Shown here: piece by piece, positions 1 to 14,141 of the stretch | How the letters are laid out: each line of letters begins with the position of its first letter | How positions within the stretch are numbered: the stretch's first letter is position 1 | Source of the DNA: Diadema antillarum | Lineage: Eukaryota | Direction: 5' to 3' | NCBI RefSeq assembly: GCF_040938485.1 | Contig: NW_027271069.1 | Coordinates: forward strand, 4,154,001-4,218,000 | Length of the DNA stretch: 64,000 nucleotides | The notes under the pieces: model-generated | Seen by the model: only the letters and a program-made list of their open reading frames with translations | Told to the model about the DNA's origin: nothing | Database searches by the model: none | Position numbers and translations under genes: made by a program

Positions 1-168
1 AATTTCGAGGAACTGCTTTGGGCTCTACAAACTGAGCTCTATTTCTCCCTTTTTGGTATTTACCGGTAGAATAGTATATACCTCTACGTTTATTATGCAT
101 TGTGATGCAATCTATGTATTCAATTTAAGTACAATATATTATGTTTCTGCTGGAAATGAAAAAAAAAA

Positions 169-226
169 ATGAATGAATGAATGAATGAATGAATGAATGA
201 ATGAATGAATGAATGAATGAATGAAT
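169..226. repeat. (TGAA)n microsatellite after an A-run, possibly a LINE tail
   Basis: Repeat visible directly; LINE origin is inference. Confidence 0.9.
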
Positions 227-285
227 ACCAATGAGTTAGTATACAGGTATAGGAGCTGTCATAGACGGATAAAATAAATGTCCAC

Positions 286-3200
286 CTGTTCCATTCTGTG
301 TGACATCATCTCGTTCTCCTCCTCCAGTTGCTGGAGACTTTGCATCAGCTTCTCTGCCTCCACCTGTGTCATGTTGCCATGGGTGATGTGGGAGGACTCA
401 TTGGGACCAGCAGCATAGTGTTGCCAATCACCACAATGTACACCTGTACTTCCGATGAATCAGTTAAAGTGACGAACAGCGCTCTCAGAATAAACTTTGC
501 TTAGTACAAAACAGACCGTTCGCTGCTTTTCACAATAAAGCTGAATTTCAATTTGTCAATGATGATCTCTTTTGCTATTTCCAGATTTACATATCCATTA
601 CCTTCAAATTTCAAACCTTGACGAATTATATCCACTGAAACATCACGAGCATTGTGCAGCTTTAAAAGTATGTACTGTAATTTCATATAATAAACCATCG
701 CTTATACACAGAGTAAACAATCCAAAGTATGTCCTTACAATAATGAACTACCTCTTATGCTAGAGGACAGATATCGTCATGTGCATCAGAATTGATTCTT
801 CTTAATTCTCCTTTGATTTTTTTTTTGGAAATATTCTGCAGTTTATTGCAAATGCATTGCCTAATTAACTCTTCTTATTCATGACGTCAGTCATATTTTT
901 CTCCTTTAATCTTGATCTGCTTAATCGATGACCACATTATATTTGAGGTAACCATATCTGACACATTAAACTTCCCATTGTTTCAAAGCTCAGTCTTCTT
1001 TTTTGTATGCCTGTTGAGACATGTTATAAGTGCCATTTTAAAAGAAGGCATTATGTCATTGCCTTCCATAGTCACTAAAAACGTACCCATGTGAAATCCT
1101 TTTTGTTCTTTAACGTGCTATACTGTTGTGACACTATTGGCCTACATAAAATATATCATCCTTCTCGCTCACTCGTTATGACGCTGTCATCATCGGATGC
1201 CGATTCGACACTGGTCTCGCTCAACTTGCTCACGTCTGGCGAATTGTTTATGTCGTCTGGGCTTCCATTCATGCCGTCATTCTCTTCCTCGTTCTCGTCT
1301 TCGTCTTCGTCATCTTTGTCGATATAGTCGTAATACATCTCAGGGGTAATTCCCTCTTCCGTGATCACGTCTTGATATTCTGTTTTGACTTCATCAGATG
1401 TAGGGGAAAACCTGATGGATAAAGATTAGCGACGGTAAGTTGTGTTTGCTTGTTGTTAGAGTTGTTTTTTTTTTTGAAGCACGTGATGAAATATTCATCG
1501 TTGCTATCTAAAGTATGTAAGCACTAAAAAGGCCATGTTACTTTCATATCATGGTCATGATCATATATCATCCAGGACGACCAGGTATCTTAATATAGCT
1601 ATTCAATATTATAGCTATTCAAGTTTAAGAAGAACGTCTTTCGGTAGCGCATCACAGCAAATGAATCCAGCGCCAAACGTCGACGAGACTTACAATGCTT
1701 TTATGCCTCCATTTGCACTATTTTGGGTAATATTCTCAATGAGGAATAGACAAAATTCTCCTTGAACTGGCGTAGCATTGATATAATGATAGTATTTACA
1801 ACTTTTTTTAACATTCATAAGACAGAAGTTATCGATTTAGACTTGATGAAGTTCATGTGTTCTGGAAGACACTTTTTTTATTTGTAGATTCATATTCATC
1901 TGAATCTAATTAAAAATATCCCTATCCGTAGAGTCGCGGTCATCCACTAGACGTTAATGAATATAATCATGAATGTATAATGGATCGATAGCTGGATATA
2001 GGAAAATTTGTAAGAAAAGAGAAATGTCGAAACAGATATTTCATCAGTCATTATCATATTGAAAACCAAGAGTGAAGGTGGTTACTGTTACTCCTCACAG
2101 TACCAGTGAACTCTATGTCACCCTGCATGGAAACCAAGTGTGGATAATTTATTTATTAAATCGCCGCACTCTTTCGAGCGCGCAAATCGGAATTATGCAA
2201 TCTTAAGGCAATCTCGACTGCCAGAAACGTTCTTCTTCAAGACTATGTAACCTCTCAATAAGAATTTATGCGGACCCCAAAGAAGAAGAGTGCGCCATTC
2301 AAACCACCACTACCAACAACAACAACAACGACGACGACGTGATCTTATAATCCGTCAGCAATCAAAGTCAAAGCCTTATCCTTTTAGTCTAGACAGGGGC
2401 TTGAGCGTACAGAAGTCATGAAACGTTCCTATCATGGAATGTAACGAAGTTAAACATAAATGTATCGCAGAGAGAAAGAGAGAGTGAGATAAAATACTAT
2501 GTCCATGATGTCACACAGGAAAAGGCCAACAAACTTTTTGCATCAGCCAAAGATTCTTACAGAGCAAGTATGTTTCAATTTTTCTTTTAAGCTTTAGACG
2601 TAAAATCGTCGTGACGTATAAGATATACACGTACTTCCTATTCGGGGCGTAATTTTCGAATCTGTGTTATAACAATCTGCTGCTGTAATGATGGATAGTA
2701 ACCACTGATGAAAAATTGAGAATGTTTAAAGAGAAACACCATATCCTCTCCTTTACAGGAACCTATGTCAAATTTTCTCGTTATAAGTCAATTGGATATT
2801 TTCTACGTTCCGTAACATTCAATGTACCCAAATGTTTTAGAACAGGACTATGGTATAGTCATATTAGATAATGACAGTTATATCATTTATGCAAACACTT
2901 GCAGACAGTATGAGTCAACATACAAAAGCGCAGCACACACGCCCCCCCCCCCCCCCCCAAACCTAGCAAAAGCTTTACGTCATTTTAGCTATGCATACCA
3001 AGAAGCACACTGCATCCATGTAGCGATCTACAATGTGCAGTATATTTCTAATGTATCATCATTATCATTATTATTTTATTTGGCAAAAGACATGCAATAT
3101 GAAATAAAATACAGAGACGAAAATAATAAATGATTGCAATAAAGCAAAAATACTTAGACACTGGATACACCTGGCGAGGCTGCCAGGCATTGGGAAAATT

Positions 3201-4916
3201 AACTGAATGACTGTAGTCCACGGACCGCCCTAATCCACCGTATAAGAGTTGTACACGTACAGCTATCAATGAACCACCAGCTATGCAGTCGCAAACAACT
3301 TCAAAAAAAAAGTAGGTCGGTTCGAAGATAAATATGACGATAATCCCTTTTTAATCCTCTTTGGAAGTAATATCGCTGAAACCGCTTGGTAAGGCACCAC
3401 ATACGCTGGGAGTACTCGTATATGAGACGTTATTCGTGGAGGACCCTCAAAATGAGTTTTCTGGAGTGGCGCCGACCATTTCTATTTGCTCGCATTCATC
3501 TGATCGTGATAGGAAAGCGTATATTCCCCAGTGATATTCCTCCTAGTATAAAGAAAAGATCATCACACACATACACGCACACACACACAAACACACACAC
3601 ACACCAGTCTTTATGTAGAATACGTTATAGTCCTCTCATAATGTTTACGAAGGATGTTAGAAAGAGAAGATGGAAAATACCAATCGGCAATGAGTGACAC
3701 ACATGAAATTGGTATACAGTTACAATGAAACTATTCATGCCCTCACCCTAACCCTATCAACCACGGCATAGTTTTATCAATATCGTCACCTACCCATTTG
3801 TGTCTGCTGCTTTTGAGGCAAGCAATCCCTTACTCTGCTTAATCTCAAGTAGACGTACTTTATCGAGACCAGTCTGCACGTTACTCCTCGCTGAAGACAG
3901 CTGATTAAGGAGAGCGGAATAAGTCTCGTCTCTGTGGGTGACAGGGACGTAATTAATTTTTGAAACATTTTCTCAATTGATTATTTTTATCATCGATAAT
4001 CTGACTGGTCAGAGGCCCGACACTGCAGTTTTGATGGTGAAATATTATTCTTTTGCTCAAGCTTTTACTCCCAGTGAATAAAAGTTCTTCTTTGAAAAAA
4101 AGGAAGAAGACATGATCACATCTACGAACTTTTTTGTAAGAATGATAAAACTTACAGTGATTATATGTGATTACAATATTTTATGCAGTATATAATAATC
4201 CTGTAGTAGATATACGAGTAGCAACAACGAGAGCTATTATTGTCAGGTTAAATATTATAATAATCTACATTATTCTATGGTCATCTCGTCTTCAATGTCA
4301 GTTCGTTCGTGTTATGCTATCATATATATTAAAGGGTTCTTTCTTAGTTAAACTGTATTGGCTTTCAGCTACAAATAAGTTGAAACTATCAGTTCAACGC
4401 AGGCAGTGCTCATTCATTCTTCAAAATATTGAGAAAGTTGACATAGCAAGAGTATATTAGAGGTTAATGATAAATAAATGTAAACTCAATGAAAGCATGT
4501 GACAAGCAAATCTACAAGATGATTTTGCATGACGACATTGTACATAAAAATGTTACACTCATGACTTATCATGCTTATGTACCGCACAACAGAAAACTCT
4601 TAACATCGAGAGGCATTGGTCTTAAATCAACAAAGTAGCACGTTTTCCATGATTGTTTGCAGTTCTTCCACAGCACAGATATTTCCTCATTGATAAATGT
4701 ATGGGAAACAATTTTATATTTCAATAATGATTTCGTCAGAGGAGTATATCCTATCGTATCTGTACACAAAGATTATGGTGGAATGCATTAGAAATAAACA
4801 ATTGTGGTACACAACGAAATGTTGCAATAGAAAATTCAGCATGTAAGAAACTTTTGACAAAAGACAAGACAGTAGTTTCGGATTTGACAAAGGATAGGCA
4901 AGGAAACGCATGCACT

Positions 4917-4962
<46 letters not shown>

Positions 4963-5003
4963 CACACATACTAGTATTCACCCAATCCACATATACTTAA
5001 TCA

Positions 5004-5036
<33 letters not shown>

Positions 5037-6916
5037 TTATATAGATTCAAAGGTGCATGTAAGTAATGGTAAATGCATGTCATGAACAAAGTGAAATACA
5101 TATTCACACACAAACACGTATATGTGCTCCTTTGAATGAGTTTTTTTAAAAAACAAAATGGCGCCATACAAATGCTGTAAAACATTATCATCTTCATTAT
5201 CGTATGGAATAAAAAAATGATGAAATAGAATCATGAAATGTCACCTTGTGTGTGAGGAGCCATTCTCTTGGTTGTCAAATTCTCCCTGCCGTCTCTCACT
5301 CCAAAGCTCAACTTCCAATTGCTGGGTGAACAAGATGGCCTCTTCGAGTTGACTGTCCCTCTCATCACGGAGCCTTGCCAGCTCCCTCACGAGCTGCAGC
5401 ACTCTCACAGACTCCCAATCACCCCCGGAGTTGGCCCTCCTCGATGGAGCTTCAGTCGAATAATTCCCCTGATAGTGGTGGGGAAATTGAGGGTTGTAAT
5501 CTCCCTGGGATAGCTTCCGCACCTCAACGAGCAGCGCCAGGCATTTGGCGTCGGATGACTGCAGCGCTACCCGCATATCTTCCACCAGCTCGCGGAGATT
5601 ATTGTTCTCTTCTTCAAGGGAGTCCATATCTTGTTTTTCCGCCGAAATATTTTCACCATTTCTGCCCTGATTCCAATCACCTTCATAAAGGCGAGACGCC
5701 AAGGTGAAAACATAGAACGGTTTAACATGTATTGAGCAGATAGATTCGCGATATTTCTGTGGAATGTTTAGATTCCATATATTCTATTAATAATTGTAAA
5801 ATGATAAACAAGAATGTCTCACATACACAAGTAGGCCTTTGTTACAAAGCTTTACCATAATTCTATGAAAAATTTTGCACCATTACATGAAGAATATTGC
5901 CTATGATATTCATGCTCTTCATGTAGCGGATAGATGTTTATGATTTTTTGTAGGCCTACGCTAAGTACAAACGTTATTTTCAGGATACGAAATAGCAAGA
6001 TCAAGGCCCTGTTTTATGAAGAGTTATAATTGATTATATACTTGATTTCTAGCGTAAGTCTATGCCAGCCTCTGTGTTAAGGAAATTTATAATCGATTTT
6101 ACCTTTTGATAAAACGGGGCTCAGCGGTAATAAGGTCGACGATATTTAGTGGTAGCAATAAAACTTTTTCTAGCACACACTTAGAAAAACAGGTTCAAAT
6201 CTGCATCATTGAAGATGCAGACTAATGTCACACTGGCAGCACCTTTACGGGCGCAGCTTTGCATAAAGTTGAATATTTAGAGGTGCTCCTATTGTGACAC
6301 TGTCTGAATGGTGCAAAGTTGCACCCATAAAGGTGCTCCCTGTGTTACTGATAAACATGAACTAACCTGAATTATTCCCGCACTTGAAAAGCAAAGAGTG
6401 GAATACATCCATTGGAGACTGTTTCTTGAAGCAGTTGGAACACATGTGACGCACAGAGATCCCGCCACCGTGCCGTACGTTAATATGCGCCTCAACCACA
6501 CCTCCAGAGTTATTATTCCACCTGTTTCTTTTCTCTTCCTCGAGATCGTCATCTTGGATGTCAAATGAAGAGAAGCATTCTATCAGCCGGGAGTGGAATT
6601 CCCGAAAAGTCATTCCCGTTGGTTCCCTCTCGCCATTAACCGGTAGCTGCTCCTCCCGTGTCAACCCAAGATAGTGACAAAGAATAGCAAAGTCGACGGA
6701 AGAGACTTTCTTTTCCTCGTCACCATGACAACATGTGAGGTCACTCTTGCTGAGGTGATGGAAAACTTCTTGGATGTACTGGTCGATGCCGGTCGATAGC
6801 ACCACGATCTCGTTGCTGATGTCGCCTTCTGCATGATGGTTGTAAGCAAGTGACAACGCTCTGGTCAACCACTGAGCTCGATGAACAGGAAAAATGAAGC
6901 TCTGCTTGCTCTCCAT
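286..6916 (-). CDS. EFCC1: EF-hand and coiled-coil domain-containing protein 1-like; exons 6916-6367, 5680-5245, 1411-1173, 443-286; probably continues beyond the window start
   Basis: Exon 1 [44 protein letters not shown] and [10 protein letters not shown], and exon 2 [29 protein letters not shown], match recalled EFCC1/CCDC48 N-terminal and coiled-coil motifs. GT-AG junctions have compatible phases (1,2,1). The last exon (VHCGDWQHY...[14 protein letters not shown]) and its weak donor are less certain. Confidence 0.85.
4921..5036. repeat. (CA)n and (TA)n microsatellites
   Basis: Visible directly. Other runs: (TA)n ~10458-10498, (CA)n ~35014-35049 and ~51977-52007. Confidence 0.95.
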
Positions 6917-8187
6917 CTGAGAATGCTATCGGAACATAAAAGAAAGTACGTATTGATTTCCCAGAGACTGTTTAAACGAACACTGGTCTCTATCAATGCG
7001 AGCAAGAGCATTGAGTGCTAGATTGTCGAGAACCAAATTTCAAATCAGTGAATATGATTGGCTGAGCCGCGATAGGTCGGAATCTCCTCCCCCTTCTCTC
7101 TCTCCACAGTCCTGTTTATTTGGGCAGACTGAACCCCCCTCCCCCCCCCCCCCCCCCCCGTCAAGTCAATCAATACACTAAGACAACATTCGAAATGCAC
7201 TAGAACATCTGCTTCTGTAGCTTTAAATGTCAGGACTATAGAAACACTAAGTTGTGAAACGTCCCTGGTATAACCAGGTCACGACAGTGATTTTACCTTT
7301 TTACCTTGACTCATCTACGTCAATACGCGAGTGCATGCAGTTATTTGCCACTGGCGCGTCACAGCATTCATCAACAGACTGCTGAACAAATTTCACTTTC
7401 TCGTACCTTGGTCAATCCTCTGGAAGTAACACTTCTGTCTTTCCCGAGATCCAAACAGTCACTCATCAAAGCGTCGACCTCTCTTCTCGAATAATAGGGC
7501 AGAAGTATGATGTCGCAAAGCATGACTTTAATCTGTCTATCCCACAACAATCCAATCAGCGTCTCGCCACGGCGCACCGCACGGCAACATGCGCGTTGAC
7601 GAAGGTGAGTGTACACTATTGGTTGTTCCCAGTCATCGCCCTTCATCTGACGATAACTCCACATCTCGGTCAGCCAATCAACGCCTTCGTAGCAAATACA
7701 TTGTAGTACGTTTAACGAGATCCTCGAAATGATGTGCCGGTATAAATGTTGTCGTAAGTATAATTTACCTTTAACTGTTGTTTCTGATCGACGAATATGA
7801 TGAGCTGGGAACGCCTGTAGTAATATTTGTCCTGGCAAAGCACAAAATTCGTGATACCGTAAACACATTTTTTTTTTTTTTTTTTAGTTCAGACTCAAGA
7901 CAACTCGTGTAACAAGATCAATAGGCCTATGACTGTACTGTAAGTACATTTAAGGTTCATTGCAATATTTTGTTGAATTAGCCATCCAAGCAGATCAACA
8001 AAACTTACATTAATCGTTTGTATTCAGTGCTGCCCTTCGTCAATATCCATAGGAAAAAAAAAGTACCGAGTACAACTGCTTCGACTAGTGCTTTGTTAGT
8101 TAAATATAGTATACTCGCAACCAAAGTGATTATCCAAGCTAGGAAATCAATGTCTTTGTTGAAAAGAGCTTATGATATTGCTGAAAC

Positions 8188-8939
8188 ATGATGAATGTTC
8201 GATATCAGTTGCGTAATTTAGGTTTCATAAGGATATATTTGTCTAAATCTGCCGCTGAGATACTTATTCATGCTTTGATTTCTTCTCGGTTGGATTTTTC
8301 GAATTCATTGTTATGTAATCTTCCAAAAAAAAAAATGTCACAAAACTTCAACGGTTGCCAAAATTCTGCTGCCCGATTGTTAACTTTTACTAATAAGTTT
8401 GATTCCATATCACCAGTTCTCCGTTCCTTGCATTGGTTACCTGTAGAAAAAAGGATTATTTTCAAGATTCTGTTATTAGTACATCATTCAGTTCATTCTT
8501 TCTCCCCCGTATAAGTAATTCTGTTCAAAAATACAATTCGACACGAAGGCTACGTTCATCATCAGACACATTCATACTCCAAACACCCAGAGTAAAACAT
8601 GGGTATGGTGATCGTGCTTTTTCCGTTATGGGACCAAAATCGTGGAATCAGTTGCCTCTTCAGTTAAGGGAACTGTCATCTACAGTCATTCAAATCCAAC
8701 CTTAAAACGTATCTGTTCCTTTCATACTGAGGACTGTAATTGCTGTACGTCATTAATGTTGGATCAATATTGTATTTTTAATTGGTATATGTTGCATTCT
8801 TATTTGGTATATATTTGTTTTTGTTTACCATTTTCTTCTTTGTTGAAATGTTTGAATATGTATATACATGTAAATATCTTTTCATTTCTGAAGCGCCATG
8901 AGCACTTAAAGTGGACCTGTGCGCTATACAAGTAGCCAC

Positions 8940-8975
<36 letters not shown>

Positions 8976-8995
8976 CATTATTATTATTATTATTA
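8188..8995 (+). mobile_element. L2-clade LINE 3' fragment (frameshifted RT C-terminus) with (ATT)n tail
   Basis: Motifs LIHALISSRLDFSNSLL, QNSAARLL, ISPVLRSLHWLPVEKRIIFKILLL, RRLRSS and GDRAFSVMGPKSWNQLP. 3' end GCGCTATACAAGT followed by (ATT)~18. Confidence 0.9.
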
Positions 8996-10452
8996 GAAAA
9001 AAACCCAGTATTATTTCCCATCGCGATATCTCGGTAAAATCAGTTGTCAAACATTCATTATCTTCTATTCGTCTGATTAAGCGCATCTCTGTTTATACAC
9101 TTTGTTTTTCAAAATAGTGAGAGGGGGAAAAGAAAGCGCTTAAATAATTGAGATAGAAAAAAAACAGAGTAATAGGTCAATAGCACTCGAACTGAAGGGG
9201 CGAAAAGATACGAAACAAACACACAGTAATGTAGTGATTGTATTTACTGTCTGCGTCCTAGAAGCCACCCTTTGAATCTTGGTCTCGGGGGGCTCTCCCG
9301 AAATCCCGCTTTCCGCGCACACCTGATTAGCTACCGGTAATTACTCCGCGAGCGCGCTTTCACGCCCTAACCGTTTCACACCAATTGATTTCGCATGAGA
9401 AGAGAGCTCCACCTCGTCAGTATACCGCTTCTTTGTTGATGTATCTGCCCAACTGGCGATTTCGAGATGAAATCTGTCTAAAAAGCCAAGCACTCACCGG
9501 CATATTTTCTTTAGGAATTCAATATATCAAACAAAATTAACGTTAGGCGGAGAGCTATTTCTGCCTCTTTTTCCTCGGTTTAGTCACGGGAGAGGAAGCG
9601 GGCGACCGCGCATTAATCCAACCCAAAGCATTTATTGTCTAATGAAAGACAAGAACAGATATAACGAAACAGATTACATAAGGATATCCCCCCCCCAAAA
9701 AAAAAAAAAAAAAATCGTTTACCTACATTACAGAATATTATAAAGGTGTGATAAATAATGACAAAAGATGTCGCTGGAGCCCAGATTTTTGAGGCTTTCG
9801 ACATTATTTTGTTTTTTGTCTAAATACCTCAGTTTTATTTGTCTGCACAAACAGATGGATTTATGCCTAATAAGTACTAAAAAGATACATAAACAGAGGT
9901 GTACGGGATAGATGGAACATAAAATGAAATAAGCTGTATGGAATACATACAATAAACACAACTGGAAATTTCGCATACATTGTATTTTGCGATTACATAA
10001 CATAAAAGGACGTATTTCTAGAACACCACAGCTAAGTAGACATGTATGGTTGAAATATTGATACACCGAACACAAATACATGTAGCGCAGCTCGTGGATG
10101 AAGTTATCCGTTCTTTTATGTCATACAGCTTGTTTATTGTCAAGTGTTTAAAAAACGTTATACACGTACTGAAATTACGTCCATTCCGAATATACAGTTC
10201 ATTCTATATATTCCATTGCGTATTATTTCATTCTGTGTTCCTCTTTGTATCCCATGCACCTCCGTTTATATCTCTTTAGTGACCATCCGTTTGTACAAAG
10301 AAGGCCGAGGAAGACATAAAGCAAATGTCAAAATCTTTCAATAATCTGGCCTCCTGATGCGACATCCTTTATCATCACTTATCACACCTGTGATACTCTC
10401 CAAAGATGACAAAGCCAACGATATAGTTCAGCAATAATCCATTCCAGTATAT

Positions 10453-10504
<52 letters not shown>

Positions 10505-11058
10505 TACTCAACATGTGCCTGTGTGTGTAAAATGATTTGTGCATCCTATACGGTAGGCAAAGGATTTCTTAGCTGCTGTCATATTCGTGTCCACTGTAGT
10601 ACAACAGGATAATGTTATTTCGCTTACATGTACTCCCCTTCTCAGTAAAAGGCAATATTTATACTGTGTTAATGGTTTTAACACGAACAGTATGTTTTTC
10701 CTTCTTATATGTAATACTATGAAAACTAGTTTGTCATAAAGTGTGTTTAAAACGAAATGATTGCTATTTGTTTGTTTCATTTAAGATACGGAAATAAAAG
10801 AAGTGACAATAATTGTTACTTCTTATTTTCCATGAAAATAACTAGCAAAACAAAATCACGTTAAAAGCCTTTGAAACAAATAGATTAACAAATAAAACAA
10901 TGGGAGGGAAGTATATGTGAAGTAAAATGTTGATCGGTGCAGCATAGCAGTACAATGGATTACATAATAATATTCGTCATCACTTTATCAAGCCTGCATG
11001 GCAGGAAAACTCTTTAAGGAGTTACTTTCTTTTTAAGATTAAAGGAATACTTGTAAGA

Positions 11059-11449
11059 TTAAAGGGATCATAATACTGTAGTTTTGGTTGAGACCTCATT
11101 TCAGGTTTCAAACAATTTTTGATGATATGAGAAACTTCTTATGAAATATGAAAGAGCATGTATTTCCAAGAGGGATTCCGTGTCTATTTGAAAATTGGTT
11201 TTGAAATGGCTTAGATATTCAAAACAGAGCAATCCTAATAAAAGGTAGGATCCACCTTTTATTAGGATCGCTTTGTTTTATTTGTTTTTGGGTGTCTCAG
11301 CCATTCCAAAACCGTTTATCTGATAAACTTTAAATTCCTCTCAGAATGGTATGCTCTGTAGCATTTCACAAGTGGTTTCTTGGTATCTCGCAAAAAGTTT
11401 AAAGCCCGGTCCTCATCTCCGTCAATACTATACCACCCCTTTCACTTAA
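11059..11449. mobile_element. TTAAAGGG-type MITE (inverse copy of 39010-39405)
   Basis: Shares GTTTTGGTTGAGACC, TTTTGAAATGGC and CTCGCAAAAAG blocks with the 39-kb copy; central palindrome CTAATAAAAGG...CCTTTTATTAG. Confidence 0.8.
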
Positions 11450-11738
11450 ACGCAGTGAGAGAAAAGGATGTAAAAAAATAAAAATAATTATAATAAATAG
11501 ATACAATATACCATTCCAGCTCTGAATATTAATGATCTTTTGTAGTAATGTGGTTTAGGCTGAGGTGTAGACAAAGATTATTTTCAAACGTGTGGAATAC
11601 AAACTGTATATGATACAGTAGTGCTGACGAGATTGAAAATCGTAAAAGAAGTACAAGTACATGTAGTACATGTAGTAGTATTAGAAGTAGTACACTGTAG
11701 TAGTAATCATGGTGATCATGTCAGTACAAATAATCATC

Positions 11739-11965
11739 NNNNNNNNNNNNNNNNNNNNNNNNNNNNNNNNNNNNNNNNNNNNNNNNNNNNNNNNNNNNNN
11801 NNNNNNNNNNNNNNNNNNNNNNNNNNNNNNNNNNNNNNNNNNNNNNNNNNNNNNNNNNNNNNNNNNNNNNNNNNNNNNNNNNNNNNNNNNNNNNNNNNNN
11901 NNNNNNNNNNNNNNNNNNNNNNNNNNNNNNNNNNNNNNNNNNNNNNNNNNNNNNNNNNNNNNNNN
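11739..11965. other. Assembly gap (N)
   Basis: Run of N. Confidence 1.
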
Positions 11966-13074
11966 AAAAGTTTGTTGTAGCAATGTTTACTATGACAAGT
12001 CTCTGGAATGGGCACAGTGTTTGACAGGATTTGCCTTTGTTGTGTGTCTGCAACAATAGTACTCTTCAGCAGACCCTGCACTCCATGCACATTCACAATA
12101 GAAAAAAAAAAACACTCAGACAAAGTGTCAATGTCACATCTACATACAAGTACACAGGGCACAACATGTATTTGGAAAATGGTGTTTTCATGACAACAGA
12201 CTGTGATGCTACCTCCGACATTATAACAATGCAGAAGCATTAAATCATGACACCTTCAATACATGTACACTAGATACTGTATATACATAGTTTTACGAAA
12301 ATGCAGCAACATAAACTTGTAATCACAAAATGAGCCAGTTTCTGTCTGTGTGGCCATTTAATGAAAATAATACCCCTAGTCCACCATAACTGATCACGAG
12401 GGCATTGCAAACAATTCTTCCCATATTCAGTGTTCATTTCCATGACATGCAACAATCAAAGCTACCACAGCCAACAGCCCATTCACTATTGAAATATTAT
12501 ATAGAATTTCTGATTTGGGGTACACCATTGTATCAACCACAGCAGATACAATTACTATAATTAGCCAGTGGAGCGTGTACTTCATTCCTTTATGTAATGT
12601 GGACTCTGGTGTCCCAGTAAAGGTGTGGAAGTGCATTACTATGGTAACAGGAGCTGAAAGTTTCATGAACCAACCCTAAGGGGAAACACTTCGTCGTCAT
12701 AACAACAGGTTAACATATTTTCCAAACCTCGTTCATTCACTTTGTCCCGACAGCAAATACATTGCATCTTGTCAATTCTAAAGGACTGATTACTGTGTAT
12801 ACACTGATCAAACCAGTGCATCCCATTTAACCTTTACATATCTTTATCAACTACACCTCACAAGATGTCAATGACAAAAAGGAATTAGTGGTCCTCAGAG
12901 AGTTAAAAAGGCACCAATCAAAATGATCACACTTCTTGAAACTATCAATTAAAGGGGAAATCTGCTCTAAAAATTAGTTTGTGTCAATAGAAACAATAAT
13001 GAGGAGAACAGGACAGCAAAAGATTGAGCAAATTCTGATAAAAATGGAAAAAAGAATTGAAGTTGTATCAATTA

Positions 13075-13284
13075 CTGTAAAAGTGGAAATTTTCGCGGTG
13101 TTGAAATTTTCGCGCATTTCGCGCAACCAGAAACTAGCGCGAAAATAAAAGCACGCGAATATTTTTGCTTGCCATAATGTTCCTGTGCGTGATGTTTTGA
13201 TTCCACGGAATTAAAAACACGCGAAACTCTTCTCACCCGGCCAAGCGCGAAAAATTAGTCGCGCGAAAATATCCACTTTTACAG
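13075..13284. mobile_element. Tc1/mariner-type (pogo/Tigger-like) MITE with TA TSD
   Basis: TA|CTGTAAAAGTGGA...TCCACTTTTACAG|TA, with internal TTTCGCG/CGCGAAA motifs. Appears nested in a TTAAAGGGG-type repeat starting at ~12948. Confidence 0.85.
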
Positions 13285-14141
13285 TAAAATACAAATTGGA
13301 TAACTCTGCGATGTCATATGTGAGCTCATCCTGTGAACTAAGAAAGAAGTAATTTTCATTCTCTCATCAAGTAAATTTCCAGTCGCACCTGCACTCTTCA
13401 TACAATCATCTTATATATTTTTCTACGCAACCCCTGCATGAAAAAAAATTCCATTATCTAAAGAGAAAGAGAAAAAGAGACAATTTATGGAAATTTGTGC
13501 ACAGCCGTAGGGCATATAAAAGGTGAGCTCACATACTACATCACACAGTAGGCAATTTGTTCTTCAGTGATCACACTTCAAAAAAATCACAACTTACTTA
13601 ATTCTGATCAGAATATGCTCAAACTTTCATTGTCTTGTTTTTGTTTTACTGCTTCTATTTACATAAATTAATTTTCCGGGTGGAATTTTGTTTTAAACCC
13701 AGGTGACTTTTACATTCTCAAAGCATATAACCGGTATGTGTATGTGATGACATCGTAGTCTGTTTGTCTTTAACCTGCATAACTGGAAGAAGTAAAAACC
13801 ATATTACACTGATCCTTTGGTATGCGGCAATCACTCAACATAAACCCAAACTGCAAGAAAGCTATAAGCATAGGATGCAATACAGGCACATCATTCATGA
13901 AAACCACAGTTTACTGCAGTGAGCAAGGAATACCCACATTCTTTCCGACTCTAAATACATTCTTCTGTCATATCTGCCAACCCAAGCATTCAGTAAATAC
14001 ATGTGTAATAACATCTAGCAGAAAATAATGCCAAACAAGGAATTTTCACCCATATGATTTCCCATACATCATTATTAACAGGTGTTGACAACATAGGAAA
14101 ATTAAGTTTAAGAAGTTACTTCTTTCCACACACAAAAAAAA

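Noticed and set aside
501-698. Protein-like 65-aa minus-strand ORF inside an EFCC1 intron
   Set aside because: It ends in a stop before the next exon, its candidate acceptor phase does not fit, and the flanking exons join correctly without it.
11621-12240. ORFs spanning N runs (also 39379-39709)
   Set aside because: Artefacts of assembly gaps.
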